Source: a bacterium (GTDB lineage: Bacteria > Patescibacteriota > Minisyncoccia > Phycocordibacterales > Zambryskibacteraceae). From it: 64,000 bases of DNA. Location: contig JAUSGI010000004.1 of the NCBI GenBank assembly GCA_030649135.1, positions 1 through 64,000 on the forward strand, written 5' to 3'. A program made the position numbers and the translations under genes. How positions within the stretch are numbered: position 1 is the stretch's first letter; each line of letters opens with the position of its first letter. This document shows, in pieces, positions 45,898-56,370 of the stretch. The notes below the pieces were generated by a model that searched no databases, was not told the DNA's origin, and was given only the letters and a program-made list of their open reading frames with translations.

Positions 45898-46848
45898 CTA
45901 CTTTTTTGTTCTGGCACGAGCCCCAGCAGAGCTTTTTGGCTGGACAACTGTTTTTTTGGGACCGGCGTCTTCCTTGGTAGAACCAAGTTTTTTGGGAGCA
46001 ATTACATCTATGTAATGTGAGCTGGCATCATCATCTTTTTTATTAACAATATGTATAAGTTTTTTTAGTTCCGTTAAATATTCATCAGAATTTTTAGAAT
46101 CTTCAATTTTAAGTCCCATATCTTTGCAGGCATCTCTGTCGTAACAGTGTCCATGAGAGAAAGTGTTTCTCGCAAGGTCTCTGGATATGTCTCTTGCCAC
46201 ATTCTTGTCATAGCCAGCCAATTCTAATAGCTCATCAGCATAGAATTGTGCCTCCCACACTATTGTTTCCATCTCTCTGTAATGTACTATGTCTATTTTT
46301 TCTACCATTTGTTTCCATGGTATAGGCATTTCGTCAGGTGTCATTTTCTTAAACTTGCGTTCGATGTCATTGACCTTTTCTATAATTCCATAGCTAGAAA
46401 CCCATTCTCCTCTGTATCGTATCTGAGGGTCAATGGGGGTTAGGTATCCAAGATCGCCAAGAGTGATATTGTTACCCGCAAGTGACATTAATGTGGCTCC
46501 GCTCGCTGCCTCATAAGGAACAAAAACATGCAAAAAATCAAATCTCTTCCTAAGAAATCTGGCTATATTATAGGCGGAAGAAAGACTACCACCAGGGGAA
46601 TGAAGAAGTAAAAATGCTTTTTTTACGTTCTGGCAGTTTTTATCCACTTCCTCCTCGAGTTTATATACATCATTGGTGGATATTGAGACTGAACTGTAAC
46701 TTGCAGGATTGATTCTTATTAATTTATCTGAGGCAATAAAAGTAATAACGGCAACTGCGTTTCTGTCTGCTATCTTTTGCAACGGCTCCAGTTCTTCTTC
46801 AGTAAACATAATCGAGTACATCCTTTCATAAAGGCAACTAATATTCAA
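45898..46848 (-). CDS. S49-family ClpP-like serine peptidase (SDH-type)
   Basis: LLLHSPGGSLSSAYNIARFLRKRFDFLHVFVPYEAASGATLMSLAGNNI matches the serine-dehydrogenase-proteinase / S49 core; basic C-terminal tail. Confidence 0.55.
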   Translation of the reverse strand: MNISCLYERMYSIMFTEEELEPLQKIADRNAVAVITFIASDKLIRINPASYSSVSISTNDVYKLEEEVDKNCQNVKKAFLLLHSPGGSLSSAYNIARFLRKRFDFLHVFVPYEAASGATLMSLAGNNITLGDLGYLTPIDPQIRYRGEWVSSYGIIEKVNDIERKFKKMTPDEMPIPWKQMVEKIDIVHYREMETIVWEAQFYADELLELAGYDKNVARDISRDLARNTFSHGHCYDRDACKDMGLKIEDSKNSDEYLTELKKLIHIVNKKDDDASSHYIDVIAPKKLGSTKEDAGPKKTVVQPKSSAGARARTKK

Positions 46849-46920
46849 CTCTCTCTAATTCTAAGTGCACCTAATTGACGCGTTATTGGCAGGGAGGCTC
46901 TAAAACAAGACTCTCAAAAC

Positions 46921-47163
46921 TTAAATCACCCCGGCTTTTTTGAGGACGGAGTGGGCGCCGCGTTTGTTAATGGTCTTGATGGCTCTGGTGGAGAGAATGA
47001 GAGTAATAGTCTTCTTCAGTTCCGGCACGTAAATGCGCTTTTTCTGGAGATTGGGGTACTTACGAACAGACCCGGTGGGGTTAAATTGGGTGGCACGGGT
47101 GCGGTTGGAATATCCGCCTCCCATCCTCGAACCCTTGCTGTTTATTGGACAAATTCTCGGCAT
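46921..47163 (-). CDS. rpmB: Ribosomal protein L28
   Basis: MPRICPINSKGSRMGGGYS…N-terminal L28 pattern and size. Confidence 0.8.
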   Translation of the reverse strand: MPRICPINSKGSRMGGGYSNRTRATQFNPTGSVRKYPNLQKKRIYVPELKKTITLILSTRAIKTINKRGAHSVLKKAGVI

Positions 47164-47195
47164 AATCGAGTTAATTTACATGATATAATCGGCAA

Positions 47196-47804
47196 ATGCA
47201 AGTCGATTTTATCTTCCAAATCGCCATTCTCATCATGTCGGTGGTCATTCACGAAGTCTCTCACGGTTATGTCGCAAGCTATCTGGGGGACCAGACTGCC
47301 CGATATCAAGGTCGTCTGACCCTCAACCCCATCAAGCACCTCGATATGACTGGTTCAATATTGGTGCCAGCCCTTTCCTACTTTCTGGGTGGTTTCATTT
47401 TCGGTTGGGCCAAGCCCGTGCCATATAATCCCTACAACCTAAGGCCGGGACGCTGGTCGGAGGCGGCCGTGGCGGCCGCCGGTCCGGTCTCCAATCTTCT
47501 CCTGGCACTTATTTTCGGCCTGCTTCTACGCGTTGGTATTTCCGACGACCCTGCTTTTGTCAAAATCACGGCGATGATTGTCTTTATCAATATTCTGCTC
47601 GCCATCTTTAATCTGGTGCCCATCCCACCTCTTGATGGCTCTAAACTGCTTTTTGCCGTTTTTCCTAATAAACTCTTCCAAATCAGAGGATTCTTTGAGA
47701 GATACGGTCTCGTCCTTATCCTTTTCTTCATCTTCTTCCTCTGGCAGTTTATTTCCCCGGTCATTGTCCTACTCTTTCGCCTGATTACCGGTATTGCAAT
47801 TTAG
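47196..47804 (+). CDS. Site-2-protease-family (M50) membrane metalloprotease
   Basis: HEVSHG (HExxH) in TM1 and [10 protein letters not shown] (LDG motif). Confidence 0.75.
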   Translation: MQVDFIFQIAILIMSVVIHEVSHGYVASYLGDQTARYQGRLTLNPIKHLDMTGSILVPALSYFLGGFIFGWAKPVPYNPYNLRPGRWSEAAVAAAGPVSNLLLALIFGLLLRVGISDDPAFVKITAMIVFINILLAIFNLVPIPPLDGSKLLFAVFPNKLFQIRGFFERYGLVLILFFIFFLWQFISPVIVLLFRLITGIAI

Positions 47805-47851
47805 GCTACTGTTTAGTAGAGTTACGGTCTCCCGCTGGGAGCATTTTTGTA

Positions 47852-48265
47852 ATGAGCACCATCAATCAACTCATCAAGCGCAAAAGGAAAAAGATTGCCC
47901 GCAAAACCAAGGCAATTGCTTTGACGCGTGGCTTTAATACCATCAAGAACCGCCCTGTTTTCTACAAATCTCCCTTCAAGCGGGGAGTGGCTACTAAAGT
48001 AACAACCAAGACTCCCAAGAAACCAAACTCCGCCATCAGAAAGATTGCCAGAGTCCGTCTGACCAATGGTATGGAGGTCACCGCCTATATCCCCGGCATC
48101 GGGCACAATTTACAGGAGCACTCGGTGGTTGTGATTCGCGGCGGGCGCGTTAAGGATGTGGGTCTGCGTTACACTATTGTGCGCGGGGTGCTTGACGCCA
48201 CTGGAGTTGAGAACAGGAAGCAGACCCGAAGTCAGTACGGAGTCAAAAAACCTAAAAATAAATGA
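47852..48265 (+). CDS. rpsL: Ribosomal protein S12
   Basis: [14 protein letters not shown]…[10 protein letters not shown]…; full-length S12. Confidence 0.95.
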   Translation: MSTINQLIKRKRKKIARKTKAIALTRGFNTIKNRPVFYKSPFKRGVATKVTTKTPKKPNSAIRKIARVRLTNGMEVTAYIPGIGHNLQEHSVVVIRGGRVKDVGLRYTIVRGVLDATGVENRKQTRSQYGVKKPKNK

Positions 48266-48732
48266 GACGCAAACTTAAAGCCAAGCCCAAGATAAATCCC
48301 GATTTCGTTTATGATTCGGAGAAAGTCACGAAGTTTATTAACTACTGCATGGAACGCGGCAAGAAGACTACCGCCCGCAAAATTGTCTACCAATCTTTTG
48401 ATGTAATAAAAGAGAAGACCAAGAACCCGAACCCCTTGGAAGTCTTTGAGTCAGCGCTCAAAAATACCGGTCCGACCATGGAAGTACGCTCAAGACGTGT
48501 CGGCGGAGCCAACTATCAGATTCCCCGCGAAGTACGTCCGGAACGCCGCCAATTTCTCTCGATGATGTGGATTATCGATGCCGCTCGCCACAAGAAAGGT
48601 AAACCCATGCATGAAAAATTAGCCGAAGAAATTATTGCCGCTTCCAATAATGAAGGTGACGCAGTCCGCAAGCGCGAGAATACTCACAAAATGGCGGAAG
48701 CCAACAAGGCCTTCGCCCACTTCGCGTGGTGA
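48262..48732 (+). CDS. rpsG: Ribosomal protein S7
   Basis: …[14 protein letters not shown]…[16 protein letters not shown]…; full-length S7. Confidence 0.95.
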   Translation: MRRKLKAKPKINPDFVYDSEKVTKFINYCMERGKKTTARKIVYQSFDVIKEKTKNPNPLEVFESALKNTGPTMEVRSRRVGGANYQIPREVRPERRQFLSMMWIIDAARHKKGKPMHEKLAEEIIAASNNEGDAVRKRENTHKMAEANKAFAHFAW

Positions 48733-48742
48733 GGGTCTGAAA

Positions 48743-48767
48743 GACCCCACCCCGCCATGGCGGGGTC
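48743..48767 (+). repeat. GC-rich palindromic motif, family B, copy 2 (gacccc-accccgccatggcgggg-tc), terminator-like after rpsG
   Basis: Nested palindrome followed by a gattttat T-rich stretch. Confidence 0.55.
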
Positions 48768-48807
48768 TAAGATTTTATAATTCATTTCATTCATAATAAA
48801 ATCTAAG

Positions 48808-50976
48808 ATGGAACGAGACTATCCTTTAGAACGCGTCAGAAATTTTGGAATAATTGCGCATATTGACGCTGGTAAGACCACCACTTCCGAACGAGTACTT
48901 TTTTATACCGGTTCACAGCACGATATTGGCGAAGTGCATGAGGGAGATACCACTACCGACTGGATGGAACAAGAACGCGAACGCGGTATCACTATCACTG
49001 CCGCTGCCATTACCTGTTTCTGGGCGCCGACTTATCTAACCGAAGCTGAAAGACTGAAAAAAGAAAATAAGTTTCGTTTCAATATTATCGATACCCCCGG
49101 CCACATCGACTTTACCGTGGAAGTGAAGCGCTCGCTTAGGGTGCTTGACGGCGCGGTGGTCGTTTTCGACGGGGTGGCCGGTGTGGAACCGCAGTCCGAG
49201 ACCAACTGGCGTTATGCCGAAGAAGCTCTGGTACCTCGTATTTGCTTCGTCAATAAACTGGACCGCACCGGCGCATCCTTCGAGCGCTCATACAAATCAA
49301 TTCTTGACCGGCTTTCCAAAAAAGCGGTGCGCATGCAGATTCCGATAGGGGAAGAAGCCAAACACGAGGGTGTAATAGATTTGCTCAAAATGAAAGCTTA
49401 TTATTTCGAAGGTAATATGGGCAACTTGGTGATTGAGAAAGAAATTCCGGAAAATCTGCGTGCCGATGCGGAAAAGTATCGTGCCGAATTGGTGGAAAAG
49501 GTGGCGGAGAGTGATGAAGTGCTTATGAACATGTATCTCGAAGGCAAAGAGAAAGAGATTAGTCTTGATGCTCTTAAAGCGACCCTTCGTAAAGCGGTTA
49601 TCGCCAATAAAATTTTCCCGGTCTTTGCCGGCTCGGCTCTCAAGAATAAAGGCGTCCAGCTTGTACTTGATTCGGTGGTAGATTTCCTGCCTTCTCCTCT
49701 CGACATTCCTAGCATTCGCGGTATTGACCCTCGCACCGGAGAGGAAGTAGAGCGCCATGCATCGGATAGTGAACCATTCTCGGCCTTGGCATTCAAACTC
49801 CAGTCCGACCCGTTCGTTGGTCAACTGACTTTCTTCCGCGTCTATTCCGGCACGATTGAATCCGGCACTTATTTGCATAATTCAACCACTGGCGAGAACG
49901 AGCGACTCGGCCGCATCGTACGTCTGCAGGCTAATCAGCGGGAGGAGGTTAAAAAAGTTTTTGCCGGAGAAATTGCCGCCGCTGTTGGTCTAAAGAATGC
50001 CAAGACTTCGCATACTTTCTCAGACGAAGCTCACCCCATTATTCTCGGAGAGATTTCATTCCCGGAACCGGTCATCTCTCTGCGCATCGAACCGAAGACT
50101 AAGGCTGACCAAGAGAAAATGGGTATGGCTCTCAAGCGATTATCCGATGAGGACCCGACTTTCAAAATTAAATCGGACCAGGAGACCGGCGAGACGGTCA
50201 TCATGGGTATGGGCGAACTTCATCTCGAAATTATTGTGGACCGTATGAAGCGGGAATTTTCCGTTGAAGCTAATGTTGGCAAACCACAAGTGGCGTACAA
50301 AGAGACCATTACAGGCGAAGCGGAGGTGGAAAATAAATATATCAAGCAAACCGGAGGTAAGGGTCAGTACGGACACGTCAAAATTAAGATTAAGCCTCTG
50401 CCTAAATATGACCCTGAAGAAAAAGTGCCGAAGAATGCTTCTCGCGAGCCCGGATTCGAATTTATTAATGCTATTAAAGGAGGTGTCATCCCGCAGGAAT
50501 TTATTCCAGCTGTGGAGAAAGGTATTAGAGAAGCTATGGACAGAGGTATCGTGGCTGGCTATAAGATGACGGATATTTCGGCCGAACTTAATTACGGTTC
50601 TTACCACGACGTTGACTCTTCAGAAATTGCCTACAAAATTGCGGCCTCGCAGGCTTTCCAAGAAGCGGCAAGGAAAGCCAAACCGGTGCTCCTCGAACCT
50701 ATTATGAAAGTAGAAGTAGTAATGCCGGAGAAGTTTATGGGCGATATCACCGGTAATCTCTCTGGCAAGCGGGCCCAAATCGAAGCTATGGAAGATAGGG
50801 GAGAACTCAAAGTAGTCCGGGCCAAAGTGCCTCTCTCCGAAATGTTCGGTTATGTCACCTCGCTTCGCTCTATGACCGAAGGCCGCGGTTCCTCGACTAT
50901 GGAATTCGACCACTATGCCATCGTGCCGACAAACGTTGCTCTAACTATCATCGAAGCGAGAACAGGCGGGAAATAG
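48808..50976 (+). CDS. fusA: Elongation factor G
   Basis: GIIAHIDAGKTTTSERVLFYTG… G domain and all five EF-G domains. Confidence 0.97.
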   Translation: MERDYPLERVRNFGIIAHIDAGKTTTSERVLFYTGSQHDIGEVHEGDTTTDWMEQERERGITITAAAITCFWAPTYLTEAERLKKENKFRFNIIDTPGHIDFTVEVKRSLRVLDGAVVVFDGVAGVEPQSETNWRYAEEALVPRICFVNKLDRTGASFERSYKSILDRLSKKAVRMQIPIGEEAKHEGVIDLLKMKAYYFEGNMGNLVIEKEIPENLRADAEKYRAELVEKVAESDEVLMNMYLEGKEKEISLDALKATLRKAVIANKIFPVFAGSALKNKGVQLVLDSVVDFLPSPLDIPSIRGIDPRTGEEVERHASDSEPFSALAFKLQSDPFVGQLTFFRVYSGTIESGTYLHNSTTGENERLGRIVRLQANQREEVKKVFAGEIAAAVGLKNAKTSHTFSDEAHPIILGEISFPEPVISLRIEPKTKADQEKMGMALKRLSDEDPTFKIKSDQETGETVIMGMGELHLEIIVDRMKREFSVEANVGKPQVAYKETITGEAEVENKYIKQTGGKGQYGHVKIKIKPLPKYDPEEKVPKNASREPGFEFINAIKGGVIPQEFIPAVEKGIREAMDRGIVAGYKMTDISAELNYGSYHDVDSSEIAYKIAASQAFQEAARKAKPVLLEPIMKVEVVMPEKFMGDITGNLSGKRAQIEAMEDRGELKVVRAKVPLSEMFGYVTSLRSMTEGRGSSTMEFDHYAIVPTNVALTIIEARTGGK

Positions 50977-51070
50977 CTTTTAATACGGAAAATTTGACAT
51001 TGTGATTAGTTTGTGACAGAGTGAAAGTAGACGTACGGCCCTGCGGGCCAAATTCAAGGAGGACACTATC

Positions 51071-51337
51071 ATGTTGCGTTGGGGTGCTATGCTCTTCATC
51101 GGCGTGCTGATCTTTCTGTGCGGGGTGTTTGTGTCAGACAGGTGGGTGGTCGTCGGTAAGGCAGAGGCCATATCATCCGGCCGTCCACACTGTCAGGCGT
51201 ACATGGACCACGCCGTTCGGGCGGTCCAGGAAAGTGAGCATCAGTATGGAGCGCCGAACTACGCGAAAGCAGTAGCATCGACGGCCTGGAGTGCCATCTA
51301 CCGTAACTGCATGGGGGGGGCCCTACTAGTCCGGTAA
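51071..51337 (+). CDS. GC-rich small membrane protein (cassette between fusA and tuf)
   Basis: SD CAAGGAGG before the ATG; TM helix MLFIGVLIFLCGVFV; a terminator follows. GC is much higher than in fusA or tuf (by eye). Confidence 0.45.
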   Translation: MLRWGAMLFIGVLIFLCGVFVSDRWVVVGKAEAISSGRPHCQAYMDHAVRAVQESEHQYGAPNYAKAVASTAWSAIYRNCMGGALLVR

Positions 51338-51375
51338 GGGACTTCCAATGCGCTAATCTTTTTTCATGTTCGCCG

Positions 51376-51409
51376 CCGGTCTGCTTACCCAGACCGGCTT
51401 TATTATTTC
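51376..51409 (+). terminator. Intrinsic terminator (ccggtctg-cttaccc-agaccgg plus ctttattatttc)
   Basis: Stem plus T-tract after the 51071 ORF. Confidence 0.65.
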
Positions 51410-51442
51410 TTACTTTGAAGATTGCACATTCAGAATTTTCGG

Positions 51443-51471
51443 TTGACGAATTTTATATTAAGTCTTATAAT
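51443..51471 (+). promoter_or_regulatory. Consensus sigma70-type promoter TTGACG-17-TATAAT for the 51522 ORF
   Basis: TTGACGaattttatattaagtctTATAAT. Confidence 0.6.
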
Positions 51472-51521
51472 ATAGGAAGGAACGAACACGAGTTAACCCT
51501 CTATCCATAAAGGGGGAAGAG

Positions 51522-51803
51522 ATGAAAAAGGTTATCGTCCTCTTACTGCTTCTCGGCACCGATTACTGGATTGACCAAGACAACCGAATCATCTTCGGCA
51601 GGACGCCGAAGATCGTGAACGAGATTTGCTTCATGAGGGGAGGGGCGTTTTTCGGAAAAAACGGCAGAAGGCTCGTCTGGGCCGACGGCTGTCATGACCC
51701 GTGGGACGATGTAATGATTCTCCCGCTCGAGGCCCGGAGCCCCGAGCACTACATTCACAGGCACGAACTCAAGCACCGTCTCGACGGTGCTTGGCATGAC
51801 TGA
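51522..51803 (+). CDS. GC-rich small secreted protein (second cassette between fusA and tuf)
   Basis: SD AAAGGGGGAAG before the ATG; signal peptide MKKVIVLLLLLG; a terminator follows. Confidence 0.45.
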   Translation: MKKVIVLLLLLGTDYWIDQDNRIIFGRTPKIVNEICFMRGGAFFGKNGRRLVWADGCHDPWDDVMILPLEARSPEHYIHRHELKHRLDGAWHD

Positions 51804-51820
51804 CAATGAGGGAGCTGGAC

Positions 51821-51850
51821 CCCCGGCACGCACGCGTGCCGGGGTTTTCG
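51821..51850 (+). terminator. Intrinsic terminator (ccccggcacgc…gcgtgccgggg plus ttttcg)
   Basis: GC stem plus a short T-tract after the 51522 ORF. Confidence 0.55.
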
Positions 51851-51991
51851 CTGGATTGACTATTTCTGCCCTTTTGTATACCATAGCCCTTACGCGTTAA
51901 CGTTTGTTGGTACTTTGATATTTTCTTCATAGACCATATAGCGGTTTAGTGCGTTAAAACATTAATATCTATTCAATAATAATTTACTAAT

Positions 51992-53185
51992 ATGGCAGCA
52001 GAATTTGATCGCTCCAAACCGCACATCAACGTAGGCACCATCGGCCACGTTGACCACGGCAAGACCACTCTTACCGCGGCTATTCTTAATGTGCTTCACC
52101 GCGCAGGCAAGAATGCCACGATTAAGAGCGTTGACCAAATCGATAACTCTCCGGAAGAAAAAGCTCGGGGCATTACCATCGCCCTTTCCCACTCGGAATA
52201 CGAGACCGACTTGCGCCACTACGCACACGTTGATGCTCCCGGCCACGCGGACTACATAAAGAACATGATTACCGGTGCCGCCCAAATGGACGGAGCTATT
52301 CTCGTGGTTGCCGCTACCGATGGTGTGATGCCTCAGACTCGCGAACACATTCTGCTTGCCAAACAGGTTGGAGTGCCGAAGATTGTAGTTTTCCTCAACA
52401 AGTGCGACATGGTTCCCGACAAGGAACTCATTGCTCTAGTCGAAGAAGAAGTTCGCGACCTCTTGAAGAAATATGACTATGACGGTGCCAATGCGCCGAT
52501 TATCCAAGGTTCGGCCCTTAAAGCTCTGGAAGCCACCGGTATTGACGACGAATGGTCAAAGAAAATCTTGGAACTTACAGATGCTCTCGACACCTATTTC
52601 CCAATTCCGGTGCGCGAAACCGACAAGCCATTCCTCATGCCTATTGAAGACATCTTCTCCATTGAAGGCCGCGGCACGGTTGTGACCGGTCGTATCGAGC
52701 GAGGCAAGGTGAAAGTGGGTGAAGAAGTCGAAATTGTGGGTATCAAGGATACTGCCAAAACTACGGTGACGGGTATCGAGATGTTTAACAAGTCTCTCCA
52801 AGAGGGTCTGGCTGGAGATAATGCCGGCGTTCTCTTGCGAGGTGTGAAGAAGGAAGATTTGCACCGAGGACAAGTCTTGTCCAAACCTGGTTCCGTTACC
52901 CCTCATACCAACTTTACTGCCGAGGTCTACATTCTGAAAAAGGAAGAAGGTGGTCGACACACGCCATTCTTTACCGGCTACAAACCGCAGTTCTACATTC
53001 GTACTACTGACGTAACCGGAGAAGTTACTTTGGCTGAAGGTGTAGAGATGGTTATGCCCGGAGATACCGCCACCTTTACGGTTAAGCTGGTTGCGCCTGT
53101 CGCTCTCGAAAATGAACAGCGCTTTGCCATCCGCGAAGGTGGTAAGACTGTCGGAGCCGGCGTGGTTACCAAAGTCATCGCGTAA
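51992..53185 (+). CDS. tuf: Elongation factor Tu
   Basis: [14 protein letters not shown]…[20 protein letters not shown]…NKCD…; full-length EF-Tu. Confidence 0.97.
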   Translation: MAAEFDRSKPHINVGTIGHVDHGKTTLTAAILNVLHRAGKNATIKSVDQIDNSPEEKARGITIALSHSEYETDLRHYAHVDAPGHADYIKNMITGAAQMDGAILVVAATDGVMPQTREHILLAKQVGVPKIVVFLNKCDMVPDKELIALVEEEVRDLLKKYDYDGANAPIIQGSALKALEATGIDDEWSKKILELTDALDTYFPIPVRETDKPFLMPIEDIFSIEGRGTVVTGRIERGKVKVGEEVEIVGIKDTAKTTVTGIEMFNKSLQEGLAGDNAGVLLRGVKKEDLHRGQVLSKPGSVTPHTNFTAEVYILKKEEGGRHTPFFTGYKPQFYIRTTDVTGEVTLAEGVEMVMPGDTATFTVKLVAPVALENEQRFAIREGGKTVGAGVVTKVIA

Positions 53186-53190
53186 ATTAC

Positions 53191-53583
53191 GTGCCCAAAA
53201 AAGTACCTCTAAAACCAAAAAGGGTTCTTAAACCTAAAGTTCCTAAGGCTCCCAAAGTTCCCAAAGCGGAAGAAGTAACCTCGCGTCTGCGTATCCGAGT
53301 GATGGCTTATGAGTCCAAGCTTTTGGACCTCTCGGTCAAACAAATCATAGACACAGCACTCCGTTATGACGCCAAGGTGCAAGGTCCGATTCCTCTGCCA
53401 ACGGGAATCAAGAAATACACGGTTAATCGTGCCGCATTTATCTACAAAAATGCGCGTGAGCAGTTCGAGATGCGGATTCACAAGCGGTTAATCGATATTC
53501 TGAATCCCACTCCCAAGATTATCGAGTCGCTCACCAACTTGAGTTTGCCGAGTGGGGTCAACATTGATGTCAAGCTCATATGA
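53191..53583 (+). CDS. rpsJ: Ribosomal protein S10 with Lys/Pro-rich N-terminal extension
   Basis: …RLRIRVMAYESKLLDLSVKQIIDTA… S10 core preceded by a KPKxPK-rich tail. Confidence 0.9.
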   Translation: MPKKVPLKPKRVLKPKVPKAPKVPKAEEVTSRLRIRVMAYESKLLDLSVKQIIDTALRYDAKVQGPIPLPTGIKKYTVNRAAFIYKNAREQFEMRIHKRLIDILNPTPKIIESLTNLSLPSGVNIDVKLI

Positions 53584-54053
53584 AAAAGCTTATTGCCAAG
53601 AAGGTAAATATGACCCAAATTTTCGGCGAAACCGGGGAGGTTTACCCTGTGACTGTGGTCATGCCAGTAGAAAAAGGTCAGACCTTAAGTACTGATTCCC
53701 AAGGTCTGACCTTGGATACTGGCGACGATTTCCAGGAGGGTGAAATGGTCAATGTCTCCGGTACATCGAAAGGCAAGGGTTTCCAGGGAGTAGTTAAGAG
53801 GCACAAGTTTGAAGGCGGCCGCCGCTCGCACGGACAGAAACATTCCGAGCGTGAAGCGGGTTCCATCGGCGGCGGCGGCCGCGCGGGAGGCCGGGTCATC
53901 AAGGGTATGCGCATGGCTGGTCGGATGGGCAACGAGCGAGTGACGGTCAAGAACCTGAAAATTATCAAGATTCTTCCCGAAACACGAGAAATCTTCATTC
54001 AGGGAGCCATTCCCGGCCGACGAGGCAGTACGGTTGAGATTAAAGCCAGATAA
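53580..54053 (+). CDS. rplC: Ribosomal protein L3 (short form)
   Basis: GKGFQGVVKRHKFEGG…SHG…GSIGGGG…GRVIKGMRMAGRMGNERVTVKNLKII. Confidence 0.85.
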   Translation: MKKLIAKKVNMTQIFGETGEVYPVTVVMPVEKGQTLSTDSQGLTLDTGDDFQEGEMVNVSGTSKGKGFQGVVKRHKFEGGRRSHGQKHSEREAGSIGGGGRAGGRVIKGMRMAGRMGNERVTVKNLKIIKILPETREIFIQGAIPGRRGSTVEIKAR

Positions 54054-54057
54054 AATT

Positions 54058-54705
54058 ATGGACGCAACAGTCTATAGCATCGATGGCAAGAAGTCCGGTA
54101 CGGTATCCCTGCCGGAGAACGTCTTCGGTATTCATTGGAACGCTGACTTGGTCAAACAAGTGGCAGATTCACTGCTTTCAGCAAAGCGTAAAAATGTTGC
54201 CCACACCAAGGACCGAAGCGAGGTGCGGGGTGGAGGCAAGAAGCCGTGGAAACAGAAAGGTACCGGTCGCGCGCGGCACGGTTCCATCCGTTCTCCCATC
54301 TGGGTGGGTGGCGGTGTGACCGGTGGCCCGAGAAATGAAAAAAATTTCGAGCGTAAGGTTTCAAAGAAAATGAGGACCAAGGCACTCTACACCATTCTCT
54401 CCCGCAAATGGCATGATGGCGAAATACTTTTTGTTGATTCGGTGGCGCTTGCCGAGCCCAAGACGAGAGTGGCCGTGAAGGCCCTCCAGTCTCTCTCTGG
54501 CATCAAGGGGTTTGAAAGTATTTTTTCGAAGAGAAACAACGCAACAGTTATCGCTCTGTCGGGTAAAAATAAGGAAACCGAACGCGCCTTCGATAATCTC
54601 GGTAATATTGAAGTGGTCGAAGCAAGAAACTTAAACCCTCTCTTGCTGCTTGAGCACAAATATTTAATAATCGAGAATCCCAAATTGATTTATGGCAAAT
54701 CTTAA
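54058..54705 (+). CDS. rplD: Ribosomal protein L4
   Basis: …RGGGKKPWKQKGTGRARHGSIRSPIWVGGGV…; start at the internal Met after the L3 stop. Confidence 0.9.
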   Translation: MDATVYSIDGKKSGTVSLPENVFGIHWNADLVKQVADSLLSAKRKNVAHTKDRSEVRGGGKKPWKQKGTGRARHGSIRSPIWVGGGVTGGPRNEKNFERKVSKKMRTKALYTILSRKWHDGEILFVDSVALAEPKTRVAVKALQSLSGIKGFESIFSKRNNATVIALSGKNKETERAFDNLGNIEVVEARNLNPLLLLEHKYLIIENPKLIYGKS

Positions 54706-54985
54706 TTTAAAGCCGAATAATGTTCTCTTGCGCCCTCGTATTACCGAGAAGGCCGCTTTGGGAGCCGACAAGTCCAATGTCTATGTTTTTGAGGTGACAA
54801 CGGACGCCACCAAAAAGTCCATCAGCGCTTCCGTTCGCGATGCTTACGGAGTGACGCCCAAACAGGTGCATGTTGCCGCCATTCCTTCCAAACGAGTTTT
54901 TGTCCGGGGCAAAAGAGGGGTAAAGGGTGGAGGCAAGAAAGCGTATGTCTATCTGAAGAAGGGGGATAAAATCGAACTAATATAA
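54692..54985 (+). CDS. rplW: Ribosomal protein L23
   Basis: …LLRPRITEKA…NVYVFEV… L23 pattern. Confidence 0.9.
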   Translation: MANLNLKPNNVLLRPRITEKAALGADKSNVYVFEVTTDATKKSISASVRDAYGVTPKQVHVAAIPSKRVFVRGKRGVKGGGKKAYVYLKKGDKIELI

Positions 54986-55824
54986 TGAAAAAGTACCGAC
55001 CAACAACAGATTCCCGTCGCCATATGTCTGGCATAGACTTCCGCAAGATTCTTACTTCAGATAAACCTGAAAAGTCTCTGACTAGTGGCTTCAGGCGTGG
55101 TACCGGTCGGAATAATCGTGGTCGTATTACCACTCGGCATAAAGGCGGGGGTCATAAACGTCTTTTTCGGGAGGTTGATTTTTCCTACGATAAGTATGAC
55201 GTACCCTTTACCATAAAGACCATCGAATATGATCCCAATCGTTCCGGTTTTATCGGGCTCGCGGTCTACCGAGACGGGGAGAAGAGATATGTGCTTTTGC
55301 ACAATAGCGCGCGAGTCGGGCAAACTTTTGTGGTTTCCGAGAATGCTCCACAAGTGCCTGGTAATCGTTTGCCTCTCGGCAATATCTCTGTCGGCACTTT
55401 TGTTTATAACGTTGAACTTAAACACAAGGGTGGCGCGAAAATTGCCCGCTCTGGAGGTGATTATGTAGAAATATTGGCTAAGGAGGGGGGCTTTGTTGAT
55501 TTGAAAATGCCTTCAAGCGAGGTGCGTAAAGTGCCTATTAACGCCTGGGCCTCTATCGGGGAAGTTTCTAATAATGAAAATCGTTTGGTAACCATCGGCA
55601 AGGCCGGTCGTTCACGTTGGCTTGGTATCCGCCCACACGTCCGCGGTACCGCTATGAATCCGGTAGACCATCCGCACGGAGGTGGAGAAGGCCGTTCCGG
55701 CCGAGGTCGCAGGCGTGCTATTTCTTACTACGGTAAACCGACTGGCAAGGGTCAGAAATCTCGCCGAACCAAAAAATATTCAAACAAGTTTATGGTCAGT
55801 CGCCGAAAAGTAGGGAAGAGGTAG
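54985..55824 (+). CDS. rplB: Ribosomal protein L2
   Basis: …GRNNRGRITTRHKGGGHKR…GNISVGTFVYNVEL…HGGGEGR…. Confidence 0.95.
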   Translation: MKKYRPTTDSRRHMSGIDFRKILTSDKPEKSLTSGFRRGTGRNNRGRITTRHKGGGHKRLFREVDFSYDKYDVPFTIKTIEYDPNRSGFIGLAVYRDGEKRYVLLHNSARVGQTFVVSENAPQVPGNRLPLGNISVGTFVYNVELKHKGGAKIARSGGDYVEILAKEGGFVDLKMPSSEVRKVPINAWASIGEVSNNENRLVTIGKAGRSRWLGIRPHVRGTAMNPVDHPHGGGEGRSGRGRRRAISYYGKPTGKGQKSRRTKKYSNKFMVSRRKVGKR

Positions 55825-55830
55825 GTAATG

Positions 55831-55859
55831 TTGACGCCAGCTTCTCGTTAGTGTATAAT
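55831..55859 (+). promoter_or_regulatory. Consensus sigma70-type promoter TTGACG-17-TATAAT for the 55897 ORF
   Basis: TTGACGccagcttctcgttagtgTATAAT immediately after the rplB stop. Confidence 0.6.
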
Positions 55860-55896
55860 GTAGGTAGGAGTACCAAGAATTACCAGGAGGGGGGAC

Positions 55897-56322
55897 ATGA
55901 CAGTTGCGGGAACGTTGTTTAACAAGTTGTTGAGGGTGTGCGGCAAGCGGGTGGTCGACTCCGCTAGCAACAGGAAGGAGTTCGTCGACAACGGCACCTT
56001 GTTTCCGGTGCCCAACATCGGCCAGGAGATGTACCTATTCCCGGTCACTCGCCGTCTCACCGGTGATGAGGCAGAGGACGCCTATGCATCTTTTGGCCTC
56101 GAAGCTGCCGGGTGGGAGGAGCTCGCTCTGGCCAATGACGCCAACCCTGCCATGGCGTCAGAGAGACCCAACGCCACTCAATGGCGGGATCGGGGGCGGT
56201 GGTGCTACATCACCTTCTCCGAGCCTGGGGAGAACTATCTCCTTCGGGCGGGGAAGGTCGATAGGTGGGACCCCGGGTGGTGGCTCGCAGGTCGTCCCAT
56301 CAAGTGGGACGAGTACCGGTAA
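55897..56322 (+). CDS. GC-rich hypothetical protein (Trp-rich; cassette between rplB and rplJ)
   Basis: SD AGGAGGGGGG before the ATG; a strong terminator follows. No recognized domain. Confidence 0.45.
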   Translation: MTVAGTLFNKLLRVCGKRVVDSASNRKEFVDNGTLFPVPNIGQEMYLFPVTRRLTGDEAEDAYASFGLEAAGWEELALANDANPAMASERPNATQWRDRGRWCYITFSEPGENYLLRAGKVDRWDPGWWLAGRPIKWDEYR

Positions 56323-56332
56323 TTCGGGGTCT

Positions 56333-56370
56333 GGGCGTTCGGACAGTCGTCCGAACGCCCTTTTCGTTTG
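56333..56370 (+). terminator. Strong intrinsic terminator (gggcgttcggac-agtc-gtccgaacgccc plus ttttcgtttg)
   Basis: Perfect 12-bp stem plus T-tract. Confidence 0.8.

Noticed and set aside
53580-54053. rplC as truncated (157 aa)
   Set aside because: Core L3 motifs are present and the gene is tightly coupled to rpsJ and rplD; a short form is plausible in a reduced genome.
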